The notes under the pieces are model-generated. The model searched no databases and had not been told where the DNA came from. It saw nothing but the letters and a program-made list of their open reading frames with translations. A stretch of DNA of 64,000 bases from Ptychomitrium polyphyllum (lineage: Eukaryota). Location of the stretch: contig OZ316775.1 in the NCBI GenBank assembly GCA_973851085.1, positions 16,554,001 through 16,618,000 on the forward strand. The letters are read 5' to 3'. Positions within the stretch are counted from its first letter, which is position 1. Each line of letters opens with the position of its first letter. A program made the position numbers and the translations under genes. Shown here piece after piece: positions 37,571 to 49,968 of the stretch.

Positions 37571-38165
37571 CATAAGATATCTTCTGTTGCAAGCTACGAC
37601 TATACGGTGAACAAGAACATACTAGAGGCATGTCACAACAGATCATGCCATAAAACCATTCACGTAGCGTAAGCAGCATATTGTAGAATCCACTTACACA
37701 ACCACCAACAAGTCTTCCATGCCGGTGTACAAAAGTCTTGCATGTTGGTCGATCGTCCCACATTACACGCTCAACATTAAGCTTATGAATGATAGGAACA
37801 TGGCTGAAGAAATATCAAGAGTGCGCAGGCAAGACTTGTACACTACACCGGCATGCAAGACTTGTTGCGGATGTGTTCTCCTTATTAACTCCTTGATAGA
37901 AAAGCCTTTGACATAACCTCAACATTCCAGCAACATCAACATCAACGGAGAGCCACACACAGAGCTCCACGTTGACAGAAGAGAATGTGAAGAGCGAAAT
38001 AACGCAAAGGCTATGAAGCCAGTTCAGTAAAGTTCAAAAAACATGAGATTTCTTCTGTTGCCAGCTACAACGACATGGTGAACAGAAACATACTAGGAAC
38101 ATTTCACAACAAATCGTGTCACAAAACCATTCACGTAACATAAGCAGCATATTCTAGAATCCACT
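37571..38165 (+). repeat. Degenerate direct repeat of ~124 bp (37571-37694 and 38042-38165)
   Basis: Shared colinear blocks CTTCTGTTGC.AGCTAC, GGTGAACA, ACATACTAG, AAAACCATTCACGTA and TAAGCAGCATATT.TAGAATCCACT, offset 471 bp. Confidence 0.85.
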
Positions 38166-38545
38166 AATCTAATTCTACTCATCTTTGAACTCAAGAGGGG
38201 CACCAGAGCTTCTATCTTCTTCAATAAACTTTCCACCTTGATTACAAGACCTCAGCAAACGCAGAGTTCACTTGGAAGAAAAGCCATGCAATCATACACA
38301 TCGAGCTCAACATTGACATGAAATAGACATCAATGCAAAACCAGTTCCATAAAAACTGAAGGAGTAAAGTTTTAATTCTGCAGCTTCCGCAGAGACTCAG
38401 CATTTACAAAAAAAGCGAACCAGATCTACACGATGATGAAACTATTTCACAAGACTAATCATATAAGCAGCGTCCTCCAAAACACTAACAATCTCTGAGA
38501 AGCGACCAATATCTGTAAATTCGACGAATTCGACACCAGGGCTCC

Positions 38546-38983
38546 CTACCTTCTCTTGGCCTTGGCCTTGGGCGCCGCTTGCTCAGCCTTGTCCACTTGG
38601 TTGATCTTGCCAAGCCCGTTGCAGTTGCGGCACACAATCTGGGCTTGATCCTTCCGGGCCGCATTGGCATTCAACGCGGAGCCCGTCTTCCTCACAAACC
38701 CGGCGCCATCGCACTCCGGGCACAAGTCCTTGCGGGAGAACAGCACGGGAAGCGCTGTGCCGACCAACGCGATGGCAATGGCTCCGGCGATGAGGTAGTT
38801 CGTACCTTCCGCAGACACATCGCCTACGGCACACACCACCTTCGGTCCTCGCGATGCGCACTCCTTGAGCCGCAATGGAGCGCAGAGCTGTGACTTGGAG
38901 GTTGCGGAGGCTGTCTTGGCGAAGGAGGCCTTAGGAGACGCGGCTACGAAGGCTACTGCTTGGCATGCGACGAGTGACGCCAT
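38546..38983 (-). CDS. FIP: Chloroplast thylakoid DnaJ-like zinc-finger protein, FtsH5-interacting protein (At5g02160-like), 145 aa
   Basis: Ala/Ser-rich transit peptide, GDVSAEGTNYLIAGAIAIALVGTALPVLF TM segment, and two CxxCxGxG motifs (CPECDGAG, CRNCNGLG) with ANAARKD between them. Confidence 0.85.
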   Translation of the reverse strand: MASLVACQAVAFVAASPKASFAKTASATSKSQLCAPLRLKECASRGPKVVCAVGDVSAEGTNYLIAGAIAIALVGTALPVLFSRKDLCPECDGAGFVRKTGSALNANAARKDQAQIVCRNCNGLGKINQVDKAEQAAPKAKAKRR

Positions 38984-39100
38984 AGCTGGGACAAGACTGC
39001 GATTAAGTCAGGAGATGAGAATGCGAAAGGTCTGTGGCAGGAGAGGGTGGAGGGAGCTCTAGGTTTTGAAGGGACATGCGTTGGGAATGTGGGCAGGTAT

Positions 39101-39138
39101 GATAAGAGCCCTGCCACGTCAAAAGATTGTGGATAAGG
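39101..39138. promoter_or_regulatory. I-box / G-box-like / I-box cluster upstream of the FIP-like gene
   Basis: GATAAG 39101-39106, GCCACGTCA 39113-39121 and GGATAAGG 39131-39138, about 120-155 bp upstream of the ATG. Confidence 0.5.
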
Positions 39139-40179
39139 CTGGCAGATCGTGATCGTCATTGGGTCGAGCAGAGGCCCGCACTGTTCTAGGTTCTGCTTTT
39201 CGGGTTATTGTCGTTGCTCGCAATTGATTGCTGCACTCCGTCATGAGATCGATCGAGAGGGGCATCGGAATGTATATCCACCCCGTGGGAGCAGATTAAA
39301 TGGGTCGGAGGGTGGATTGTCATGTCTTGGAGAGGAAGCGCCAATTTACAAGCCTGTTATTTTTCTGCAACTTTCTAGGAAGTACCGCCTTGAATCTTCC
39401 AAAACAGGGGAGCATGTCCTCCCGAACTCTGTCCCCTTGTGCGCTTCCGAACATGTTGTCTCTGTAGACACCTCAGCTACGTTCTGAGAACAACAGATTG
39501 CACTGCTAGCGCGAGGTTCATATCTCCAGGGCACGTCGCCGACAGCGGGGATAAACCCTAATGACAGGCTGTCCTCCAGCATTGTAGACAAACCGTTACA
39601 AATGAAAATGACTTCCACATACAAACCGGAGGATCTCCATCTGGTGTTTCCATTGCACCGTACATGTCTCCACAAACACTTTAAAGACCACCGCTAACTC
39701 AGTGTGAGCAGCTTGTCAAGGCAAACAGCAACGCCGCATTCTTATCGTTGCAGCCGTCCCGAGTTCCTACTTCCAAATAGTTGCTAACATGTGCACGCGT
39801 ACCCAATGCATACTACATTCAATACTGTATCCATGGGGCAATGAAGGAACCCCGGAGCAACCAATGCACCATCAAAGCTAGTAGGTCTATTTTGCTGGTG
39901 GAGAACCGAAAGCCTGCACATATCCCATTCTTACTGACATGCTGAGCGAGCTCCTAGACAAATCTTAGAAACTTTTAGAAAGGCATACTTAACAATCGAG
40001 TGACGACTACGTCGCAATAACGTATGCAACAAGCAACTCACAACTTCTCTTCTCATTACTATGCAGTGACGAGAAGAAAAGCCTCAAAATCAAACCAGTG
40101 CTTTGCTGAACCAGAGGCGTCACCTTTCAAGTCCCTGATGTAAATAACTTACACACTGGTTGGACGTTGGAAGGTGAAG

Positions 40180-41560
40180 AAAATGTCATATTCCTATAAT
40201 TGACTATTTTTTTTCACAATGCTTAATATCCACATTAGTACTATTTTGAGCACTTCTTTTGGTAATAAATTTACAAGGATTAGTCAATTTAACAAATATG
40301 GAGTTAGAATGTACTTATTATTATATAAGACTAGTCTATTGGTGACAACATAGTACGGACGTGTTGTATTCGGTGGATGATGTGGAAGTTGACTCTATTT
40401 CAATGTGGAAGTGGTGTTTTGGTTGCAGATGGTGTAGTCTAAGGGTGTACTATGCAAAACATGTTTTGTGCTTATTTGGGTTCATTACACTAAATTGGTG
40501 AATTAATGCATAACATTATTAATCCATATGCTGCAATGTCCTTATGCTTCCAAATATTCCATATGTTGATTTTGACCATAAGATACTTTCTTCTAATTTT
40601 ATGAAAGTTATGATAAAGATGTTTAGAAGTAATCATTGTAAATTTTTTACAAGTAAGAAATGTATTAATGATTTGAAAAAACGTGTGAATCTTTTTAAAT
40701 AAAATTGACCATTCAAATTGGAAGAATATAGTGTTTGAAGTGGAAAATAATTATTTTACCACCACCTTAGATAAGGGCATTAAATTTTAATGCTTTTTGA
40801 TGCAAAACTTTTGCATTACAAAAGTTGGAAGCTTTTACCATCAAAAATAAAAGCATATAAATAATTTGTATGTTAAACTTTGGAATTATTTTAAGCAGCA
40901 TTATATAGAATTACAAATGTATTCATAACTTCTAAAAAGCCTACTTCACATAAGGTTTTAAATATTATGTAGGAATTAATGTAATTTATGTTGTTTTTGA
41001 GGTGTTATCAAAGAGTTTTATTAAAGGATTTTTAACAAAACAACACACATTTGTCAAATTTGAACTTTGTATGACTTAGAACTTTTAGCAAACTATTTAA
41101 GACATTATTAAAGTATACTATAACACTTCAAAAATATCTTAAATAAAGTTCATTATGTATCTTTATTCTAAATTTATCTAATAAATTTTATTTTTGAGAA
41201 TAGAAAGAGCATTCAAAGTCTTATATGTTCATTTTTGGAATTTTGATAGGTATCAAATTTATATGTATCATATTAAAGGATCATTGATAATTGGAAAGTT
41301 CATTTTTACACTCAAATTCTTGCAAAACATTATTATCAATCATGTTAAAGATTTTTGAAGCTTATGAATTCTACTTTTTTTAAATTACCGAATTTTGTTA
41401 AAAATAATATTGTTCCACATCAAGAAACCAAGTAAGTATGTATATGTTTTCATTCATATATCTTTCTTATCTTTTGATTTTGAAATCATCCACAAGAATG
41501 TTCAAAGATCTTTTAAAACTCAATTCTTTTATCACCTAAAAATCCACCTATAATCTCACT
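40180..41560. other. AT-rich, CpG-poor intergenic block
   Basis: Composition shift and no ORFs. Boundaries approximate. Confidence 0.6.
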
Positions 41561-42077
41561 TCTTTCTCCAGCTCAATGATTATGATTCGAGTGCAGAAAG
41601 TATCACTCAGCTTATGCTAGCACAACACACAAGCAAAATACGGTCGCTGTACGCTACAGATACAAGACTCTAGAATTAAAGCGGTTACTCACCACCATCC
41701 GGAGCAACTCTAAAAAACCAAGTTTACTCTTGCTTGTGCGTGTCACTAAACTTAGAAGTGCGTGCAGAAAGCTGGCAGACAGTGCTTCAGTCCCACTTCA
41801 TGTCGGAGCTAAGCTAGAGTTGGAAGCAGCAGAGCAGAGGAATTAGAAAATCAGGAGGCGGAAGACCTCCTGAACTCCACGCCCACTGCAACTGACTGTA
41901 ACTCACAAATACCAATCGTCTTCCCAGCACCCACCTCTCAAAACCAGTATCCTTTACTGCCACATATACCATAATTAATCTGTAAAAGTGATCCACACCA
42001 TCACCCCAATTACTAGTCTCTCTGATCCATGATAGTTTGAAAGACCGATCCTCCCAGTTAGCTCTCAGACTACTGTC

Positions 42078-44425
42078 ATGGCGTGGCTTCGCTGCACCAT
42101 GGGTCTCCTCTTGTTCTTAATGGTACTCACCCAAGCTGCAGCTTCTGAGGTTCATCACCATGATGAGTCTGCATTTCCCGCACGCGGGGCTGTCCACCTC
42201 GCTGCTGCGGAGAGTAATTTGCAGCAGTGGTTGAGTCATGTTCACTTCACCAGCTCACGTCCACATCACATGAGTAAGTGCAGGTTGAAGGTCATGTGAT
42301 GGACGTTTCTGTATTGAGTTCTTCGTTTGTTGTGTATGACCCCCGAATCGTTCCGCTTTTTTATGAATGTTATTTTCAGCTTTTCTTGAAACGAGCGATT
42401 GTAGTCGTCGCCATATGTGCTTTTAGTTGTCATTGACATGGATTGACTACTTTCGGCCCGTAGATAATCAGCCATCCTTGATATCTTGCCTCGATCGTTC
42501 TTTTGGTTTACTGAGTGTATGTTTAGGTTGGACAACGTTGATAGAGAACGGATAGCCAGGAAGATTATGTGGACTACTCTGTACTTTTTCTCAATCAATT
42601 TAAGACCCCGCTTGTTGGTTAGCCTTCCTGATTGTTGCTCTCGATAGCCCGTATGAGGAAGGGGAAGGTCAATAGCTAGTGCCTAGCACAATTCGGTCAC
42701 CTAACCATTCTTGCTATCTGAATCATCTCCTGGCTGCTTTTGTGTACAGCTGGAGAAGTACTCTTTGTGATCCAAGAATTTCCAACCTCGTGTAGAAACG
42801 AGCAGGAGCTAAAAGCAACTTGTCTTGACTTTTGCAAGGATATTTTAAGAATAACTCGTTTCATGTGATGTAATCAGTTGAAGCTCTCTGTTTGTGATTC
42901 GTAGGAAATGATTTGCATAACGCCTTGATATCTTCACTCGCTTCTGAGAGCAACCATGTTGATTCTACTGCGTTAATCACAAGGTTAAGCAATTCAGAAC
43001 GCCTGGAATCCACAGCAGTATCAGTCTCCGACAGAAAATCTCATCGCATATGCGAGAAGAATGTGATTTATGTGGAGAAGGATGGAAGTGGAAACTTCAC
43101 CAGCATCCAAGCTGCCATCAACTCACTCCCCAGACGAAACAAGTGCCGCGTTGACATCAAGATCGCCGCCGGCGTCTTCAGGTTTGCCCCAAATTGTCTT
43201 AAAACTCTGACCTTAAACCTTACAAGATTCTAATTTTAGCCAAAAAAATTAAATTAATTAACATCTGTTGCTTCGAGTTTGCATATCTCATTCATAAGAT
43301 GTTCCATGGCATTCCAGAGAGAAGGTGGCAATCAAAAGAAGCAGGCCTCATGTTACCTTGAAAGGGAGCTCTCGAGGGCGCACTATCATTGTGTACAACG
43401 ACACGGCTAGTACTAGGGATAAGCATGGCCGCCTGCTCGGCACTATGCACAGCGCCTCAGTGTCCATCAATTCAAACTATTTCATTGCAAAGAACATCAC
43501 TTTTATGGTAAACATAAGGCTGTAAATTCAGCTTCTTTTCTCACTTCTAAGGTCCATTCTCATTAGGTTTTCTACGTTGAAGCAGTGCTGGTAAATGATG
43601 TAGTCGAGGTTTTGTATAGAACACTGCACCAGCACAAAGACCAGGAGCATCGCAGCAACAAGCGGTGGCACTCCGCATCAGCGGCGATGAGGCGGCCTTT
43701 TTCGACTGCAATTTCTATGCTCACCAGGATACGCTCTATGATCACCGAGGTCGCCATTACTTCAAGAACTGCTACGTTACAGGTACAGTGGATTTCATCT
43801 TCGGCAATGGCAGGTCATTCTACGAGGGAGCCGAGCTTGTGGCTCTCCCAGACTTTGGATACCCGGGCACGATCACAGCACAAAAGAGGGATGGAACAAC
43901 ACCTGACACGGTACGCAACAAATATCATCTTCATGTATTGGTATAATTCTCACCTTTTGGACATTCGAATAAAATTATGTTTCGGGGAATGTCGGAGAAC
44001 AGGGATTTTCTTTCGTTAGATGTCGAATTACAGGGGCAGGGATGGTGTATCTGGGGCGCGCTTGGGGGAACGACTCTCGGGTAGTGTTTGCCAACACGTT
44101 CATGGACGACATCATCGTGCCTGACGGATGGGGAGATTGGGGTGTCCCAGCCAAAGAGAAGTAAGTGGAACTGTCTCTGTTCTTGTGAGATCAATTGGTA
44201 CAGTTTTGAATCTCACAATAGTAGTAATGTTCATATGGATGTTTTCGTTGTTGCAGGACGGTATTCTATGTGCAGTTCAACTGCACTGGCCCAGGGGCTG
44301 ATATTTCACACAGGGTTAGCTGGGCACAAGACTTAACGGCTGAAGAAGCAGCACCGTTTCTCACGCCAGGGTTCATAAATGCGGAGAAATGGCTTGAGGG
44401 TTATAAGCACAACAAGAATCATTGA
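42078..44425 (+). CDS. Pectin methylesterase (CE8) with signal peptide and no PMEI pro-domain. Exons 42078-42273, 42905-43181, 43318-43507, 43620-43910, 44003-44160, 44257-44425
   Basis: Motifs [41 protein letters not shown] and CTGPGA. Phase-consistent GT-AG introns. Confidence 0.93.
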
Positions 44426-45747
44426 TTCTCCTGTATCTGCAAATGATCTAGAAATTCAAGTAGCATAAACAGTTTATAAAACGCTTTAAGCACAATAAGT
44501 TTTGAAGACAGTGATCACGATAACATGTCTGCCATCATCAGAGAAAATTATTTATAGGAGTATGTGAGCATGACATTTCCATCAAGTCACAAGGACCTGC
44601 CACATGAATTAAGAAATATTTCTATCAAACTTTGTTTTCAGTAAATATATTGCATCCTAAATCACAATATTCCCGACATTTAGCGAACAGGTGCTACCTC
44701 TAACAACAGGTCATAAATGAGAAACAGGGAACGCCAAGAAACCAAGTTTTCACGGTTTGGATTCTAGACATCTTTCGGAAAAGCAGCTCAAGACATAGAC
44801 TACACACCTAGAATGTATGATCATTATAAGAAATGGACATCAGCGTTTATTGATTCGAAATTATTCTACAAACGTAAAGCGCCGATTGAGAATACTTAAC
44901 TGCTGATTGTTCAATATTCTAAATTTATCAACTCGTACGAGGACTCTGCCCAACAGATACGTTCATGTTTGTACATCAGTAAGTGTCTACAAGTAACAAT
45001 GCACATAAGAGAACACGCTCTGCTTTATGACTCTTAAAATGAGAACAGTAATTGTTGCACTCATAAGCATTAGTCTGTCCCCAAATTTGAACATCATCCT
45101 AGACTACGCCAAAAGCTGAACATTCCCAACAAGCTGTGTGCAGTTCCAGTCAGGCATCTGGAAAAAGTCGAGCTTTTCGTGATCCACTAATTCAAAACCA
45201 GTATCAACGAGTATTCTGCAAAACCACAACTGAGCATCATCAGTGCCTACACAAAGCACAAACTTTTGTTCAAAATAATTGAATCTCAAAGGAAGTATAT
45301 CATAGCACATAAAAACATCATCATTAACATCAAACTGCACGAATCAACTACCTCGCATAAAACCCACATGATTATAACTTGGCGAAAAGGGTCATATAAC
45401 CCTAACAAGGCCAAAATTGATCAATTCCTCTCCTGACTGAAAGAATTTAACGTAATTGCAATGTTATAATTTCGGCAAATGCAAGCACGGCTCACGCATG
45501 AGTCTACACAAAAATCCCGTAACTCGTGACCTAACACAAAGTCGATACTTACGACGAGACCTCACAAAACAACCAGTTCACTCCTCCTGCCACATGCACC
45601 TGCAGAGCAGAACAAACGATTTCCACGACAGAGCTAGTAAAGAGTAAAAGAAACGACAGCCTTGCTGTCGCCCTCTGATTTTTAGCAGAACCAGAAACCA
45701 CGAAGATGAAAAGGAAAGACGCATACCTAATGCGGAGGAACGGCTCG

Positions 45748-46017
45748 TCAAGAGCGAGAAGAGGCGGAAGCAAGGTCCTCGTAGGGATCTTTGCGGCCCG
45801 CGAGGCGGCTGAGCTTGAGGTCCTGCAGAAACTTGGCGTTGTTCTTGTCCGTGTTCCAGCTGCCGTAGGGTTTGACGGGCTGCGCCCACGACGCCTTGAG
45901 CTTGTCACACTGCTCCTTGGTGCTGTACACATGTTTGCGGAACTTGGCGTCGCGCTCGTCGGGGTTCTCCATGGAGCGCCGGATCCAGTGCTCCGCGAAC
46001 TCCATCAGGAATCCCAT
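45748..46017 (-). CDS. Mitochondrial complex I plant-specific subunit P1 (At1g67350-like), 89 aa
   Basis: MGFLMEFAE...MENPDERD...PYG.W...AGRKDPYEDL matches the plant complex I P1 subunit as I recall it. Confidence 0.8.
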   Translation of the reverse strand: MGFLMEFAEHWIRRSMENPDERDAKFRKHVYSTKEQCDKLKASWAQPVKPYGSWNTDKNNAKFLQDLKLSRLAGRKDPYEDLASASSRS

Positions 46018-47493
46018 TGCTGGCGAGATGCTCGCGGAAACGTGAGTCCTAAAATGCTACACAACTTGCGGAGCGCAATGCTAGTGCCTTCTCTCGCTCT
46101 CGCTCTCGTTCTCTCTCTCTCTCTCCCTATGGACTTCGAGAAGCTGTAGGGTATTTGCTTCCCCTGTTCCAAGCCAGAGCCCTCCCACAAAGGAGATGAA
46201 TTTATCGTTCATCCATACAACAGAGTCGTTCGTTCTCCGTTCACGACGCTCGCAAAGCACACTGGGAGGCACAGCAATAGAACTGAAGAAGGAATATTAT
46301 GAGATCTCAACTTACATATTGGTGAAACTCCGTCGTGTGGCAAATTTTATGAGCTTTTCTTTGTTTTTGTAGCTCCCCACACAAATTTGGTAATACTTTG
46401 CTAAAAGTCGCACAAAACTTCTTTCTTGTTGAATTCCTTAAGAAAAATCCTTTAAATTTCAACAAATATGGTCAAACAATTTCTCTTCGTAGAAATTAAC
46501 AATAGTTTTAGAACCCTGACTAGAGTGAACCAAGGCTGTTGTTTTTATATTTTAGTTTTTGGGAAAAGCGGGTAAATTTTTTAAAAAGGTGCCAATTCTA
46601 ACAAATTGTGCAATTTTCTTTCTTTCTAATAATAGCTCAACGTACAAGTTATGGTGATTAACAAAAATTCTCATTTAAATATGGCAAGAAATCACATTTG
46701 TTTCCTTTAAATTTCAATATCACCCTTTTATTACAATTCAGCATTCTTTACCCAAAAAGACAAGCATCGGGATGAAACTTTGTTAAGGCAGGATTATAAA
46801 GTGTAAAGACTTAGATTACACATTCATAAACCTCTAAGTTAGCAAGTAAACATGGTTTCTATCACTATTAAATTTTCTAATCTTTTTGAAAATAATCATA
46901 CTTGTAGATAACTCCAAGGGGATTTTGATGCACAGAAATAAGTACTAGGATTGTGTTTTTTTTAGTTTTTTTACTCGAGCAAGAAAAAAATCTCCACACA
47001 AACCCACCGTGAAGTAAACATACAAAAAGATTCTTTAACCAGGGAAGCGGGAAGCACAGGCTTGTGAGTTAGGCTTAAGGTTAGTATACAATTGCCCAGG
47101 TTCAAATCTTCTACAGACAGCCTCCCTCCGAGTTCCCAAGTTGTGGCTCATTCTTACTAATATTCAAAAAAATACCAAACCACAGTGGACGCCCACAACC
47201 TCTTCTTCCGAGACAAACACAAACTGAGCAAGAGTCCAGCGCTTTGATGCATGCTCTCCAGCTCCGAGCAAAGCGCTTTCACACTTGACATGCGCAGTAG
47301 ATATTAGCAATAAAATAACGCGATGCTTGACAAAACAAAACAAAAATACATAAATCAGCAGTAAAAGTATGATCACCAACGCATAAATCATTAGAACCAT
47401 TTTGTTAGAGTTTCTAAAAACCGAACCTTGTATAAACATTTTGAGCAAAAGTGAGCAAAAGTGAGCAAAAGTTATTGAGCTGCTTTTAAGAGT

Positions 47494-48873
47494 TTAGTTT
47501 CCCCGAGCTGATTTACTAAGAGTATTCTCAGCAACATCTGCATCGTCTACACTAACTCGCTCACTTGGAGGCAAGATACTCCAATTCGGCGATTGCACTG
47601 CTCGCAGCCATCTGAAGTCATCTACATTCTCCCACTCCCCTGTTTCATCATGTGAAATGTAATCCTATATGAGAATGGGAAGGTCTTGTCACTCCAGGGC
47701 ATGAAAGCCGATGTCCATTTTAGGATTAGAGAAGGGAAACTGAGGCAAGTTATCTACAACTAGTATTTCGAATGGAAACTGCAATGCAGAATTCAAGCGA
47801 AGTGAGGTTAATTGCAAATGAAAAAGAGTTTGGCTGGTACCTGTTTCCTCCAGAAGATTTGCACCTTGAAGCGCGTCTTCAATACCTGGATAATGAAATG
47901 CATAGGGAGCAAATCGAATAGAACTTGTATATTCAACAATAGGTCGGCTACGTACTCGTAGATAAAAGTCCGTGTTCTTCGTGGAATGTATTCGAATTTG
48001 CTGCGATGCGAGCATCAATGTACTGCCCTCGACATCATCAATGAGTACAGATGCCGTCACAGGACCAGTATACACCTGACAGTTCCTAAGTTTGTTCACA
48101 TAAAGAGCTCTACATTTGCCTTTCAGATAAACCTTACAATTGGTAAGATTTGTAAGCATGAATTCTCTGTCCTCTAGGTCCTGGGAATAACGTACAAGTG
48201 TACAGTTATGTTGATCCCTGATACCATAAAAGCTCGGCACGGGAATACTAAGTTTGCTATAGCATACAGTAACCGGCTGCGTCTCTTTGATTTTCTCTGT
48301 CTCCTTGGCTGGTTTCGCCGCCTTGCTCCGGAATGAAAACTTCTTTTTCGGAAGAAGCTCAGCCATGACCGTCTCAACTTCCTCTTTCAACTTGAGAATT
48401 GAAGTCTGAGAACTTTGAATGCTATAAGTAGGTAAGTAGAACGAGGAATTTGCAACCGTCGTCTCCATATTGGCGATCTCCAACTGCAAACTCTTCAATT
48501 CTTCTCGAACAGATTCCAAGCCAGCTTCGTCCGATTTCGTCGATTTCTTTGAGAGAATTGCAGATAGCTTGTCCTCCACCTACACAGAGAATCCCTAACA
48601 TGAGGAGATCGAGCATCACTCTCTTAGAGAACACCTGCAGCAGAAAAGGCAAAAAGCTGAGAAACAGAGCAGGGAAAGCGCAAGAACCTGATCACGCGAA
48701 TGAGAGAAGGAGGCGAGAAAAGCGTCTACGGATTCGCTAGGGTCTGATGAAGCGGCGGCGAGAGAACGTCGAGCGGTGGCATCGTTGAGATAGGTATGGT
48801 AATGCGATTGCAGTCGCTCTTCCTTCACGGCGCGCTTCTTCTCAAGAGCAGGTGACAGCGCATGACTCGTCAT
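47494..48873 (-). CDS. TFCC: Tubulin-folding cofactor C (PORCINO-like). Exons 48873-48688, 48579-47841, 47639-47494
   Basis: YLPTYS, LLPKKKFSF, the beta-helix motifs GPVTASVLI, LASQQIRIH and VRSRPIVE, and the terminal WENVDDFRWLRAVQSPNW. Confidence 0.93.
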
Positions 48874-49968
48874 GGTTACTCCGTCCTCGCACGCGCTGAA
48901 TGAGCTTGATCCTCCTCCAAGTAGTCCTCTAAGCGATAAGAGCGCCTAGCTTAAAGAAAGCAAACAAAAGAAACCAGAGGAATGGGGCATTTCATAACCT
49001 ACAAAAACTTTCAAGAGAGATGGTGGATCACATTTGCTAATGCACATCGCGCAACCGCTTCTGCACCTCCCAGAAGGCTGCTTGCGGATTCAAATGTCGT
49101 TGCATACGAAGAAGCGGCGAGACTCGTTCCGGTGCCGGCACACCAGAGGGAGATGCCGCGACGCGAATGCTATGAGAACTACTCCCGCCATCACCGAGTC
49201 TCGAAGACAAAGCTATTCTCCGTCTCGTATGGCTTTCTTCGGAAGTTAGCAACAGTCTTCTCGTCTCTCCCACACCTTCGTTCCTTCCCTCGGAAAGGGA
49301 TACGCACCTAAAACCGTCGTTATCGCCAAATCCAACATCGTCCACAGGGGCAGACATTTCACTTCGCAAGATCTAAAATTGGCGTAAATATTGACGGTTC
49401 TAGACACAGAGATGGACCACTCCTTCGACTTCCTCTTAGCATTTTATGGATATTTCCAGTGAGAATGTGCACTCGGTTGATGAAGTTGGTTTTGGGTGCA
49501 GTGAATGTTTTGAGTGTGCACCACTTATTCCGGCGTGCTTGAACCCGCTTCACAACATACTGTTCACCTCCATTCCTATGCCCCAAAACTAAAAGAGCTT
49601 GAATGATTGATCAATACCAACTCGAAGCAGAAATCGAGTATTGGAGGGGTTGAGATTAAGTAATCATAGGTATGTGCAGGCATGGCCTAAGAAGTTTGTA
49701 ATATGGAAATTGCATATGCAACACAAAATGGTGGACGTCATGAATTACCTTGTGATAGATTCCGCGCCCCTTTCTACAGATTTAAAGAGAACCCTTCTAC
49801 CCTACGTATTATACAAAAGGACTACCTCAAACCACCTGTATACCTACCCCTGTTTCTCTTCTAAGAAAATCAAGGACAGAAACGACGGAAACGGCTATAG
49901 ACCACAAATCTTCCTGTAAAGGGTCTGGCTGAGTGTGCTGTCAATAGAATCCAGATGCTACTAATGCT

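Noticed and set aside
16921..46017. Two respiratory-chain subunit genes (QCR8, complex I P1) as a functional cluster
   Set aside because: About 28 kb apart with unrelated genes between them; consistent with chance.
48580..48687. Alternative acceptor CTGCAG|GTG near 48635 in TFCC intron 1
   Set aside because: Would give a ~53-nt intron and a frameshift. The acceptor at 48580 restores the conserved protein.
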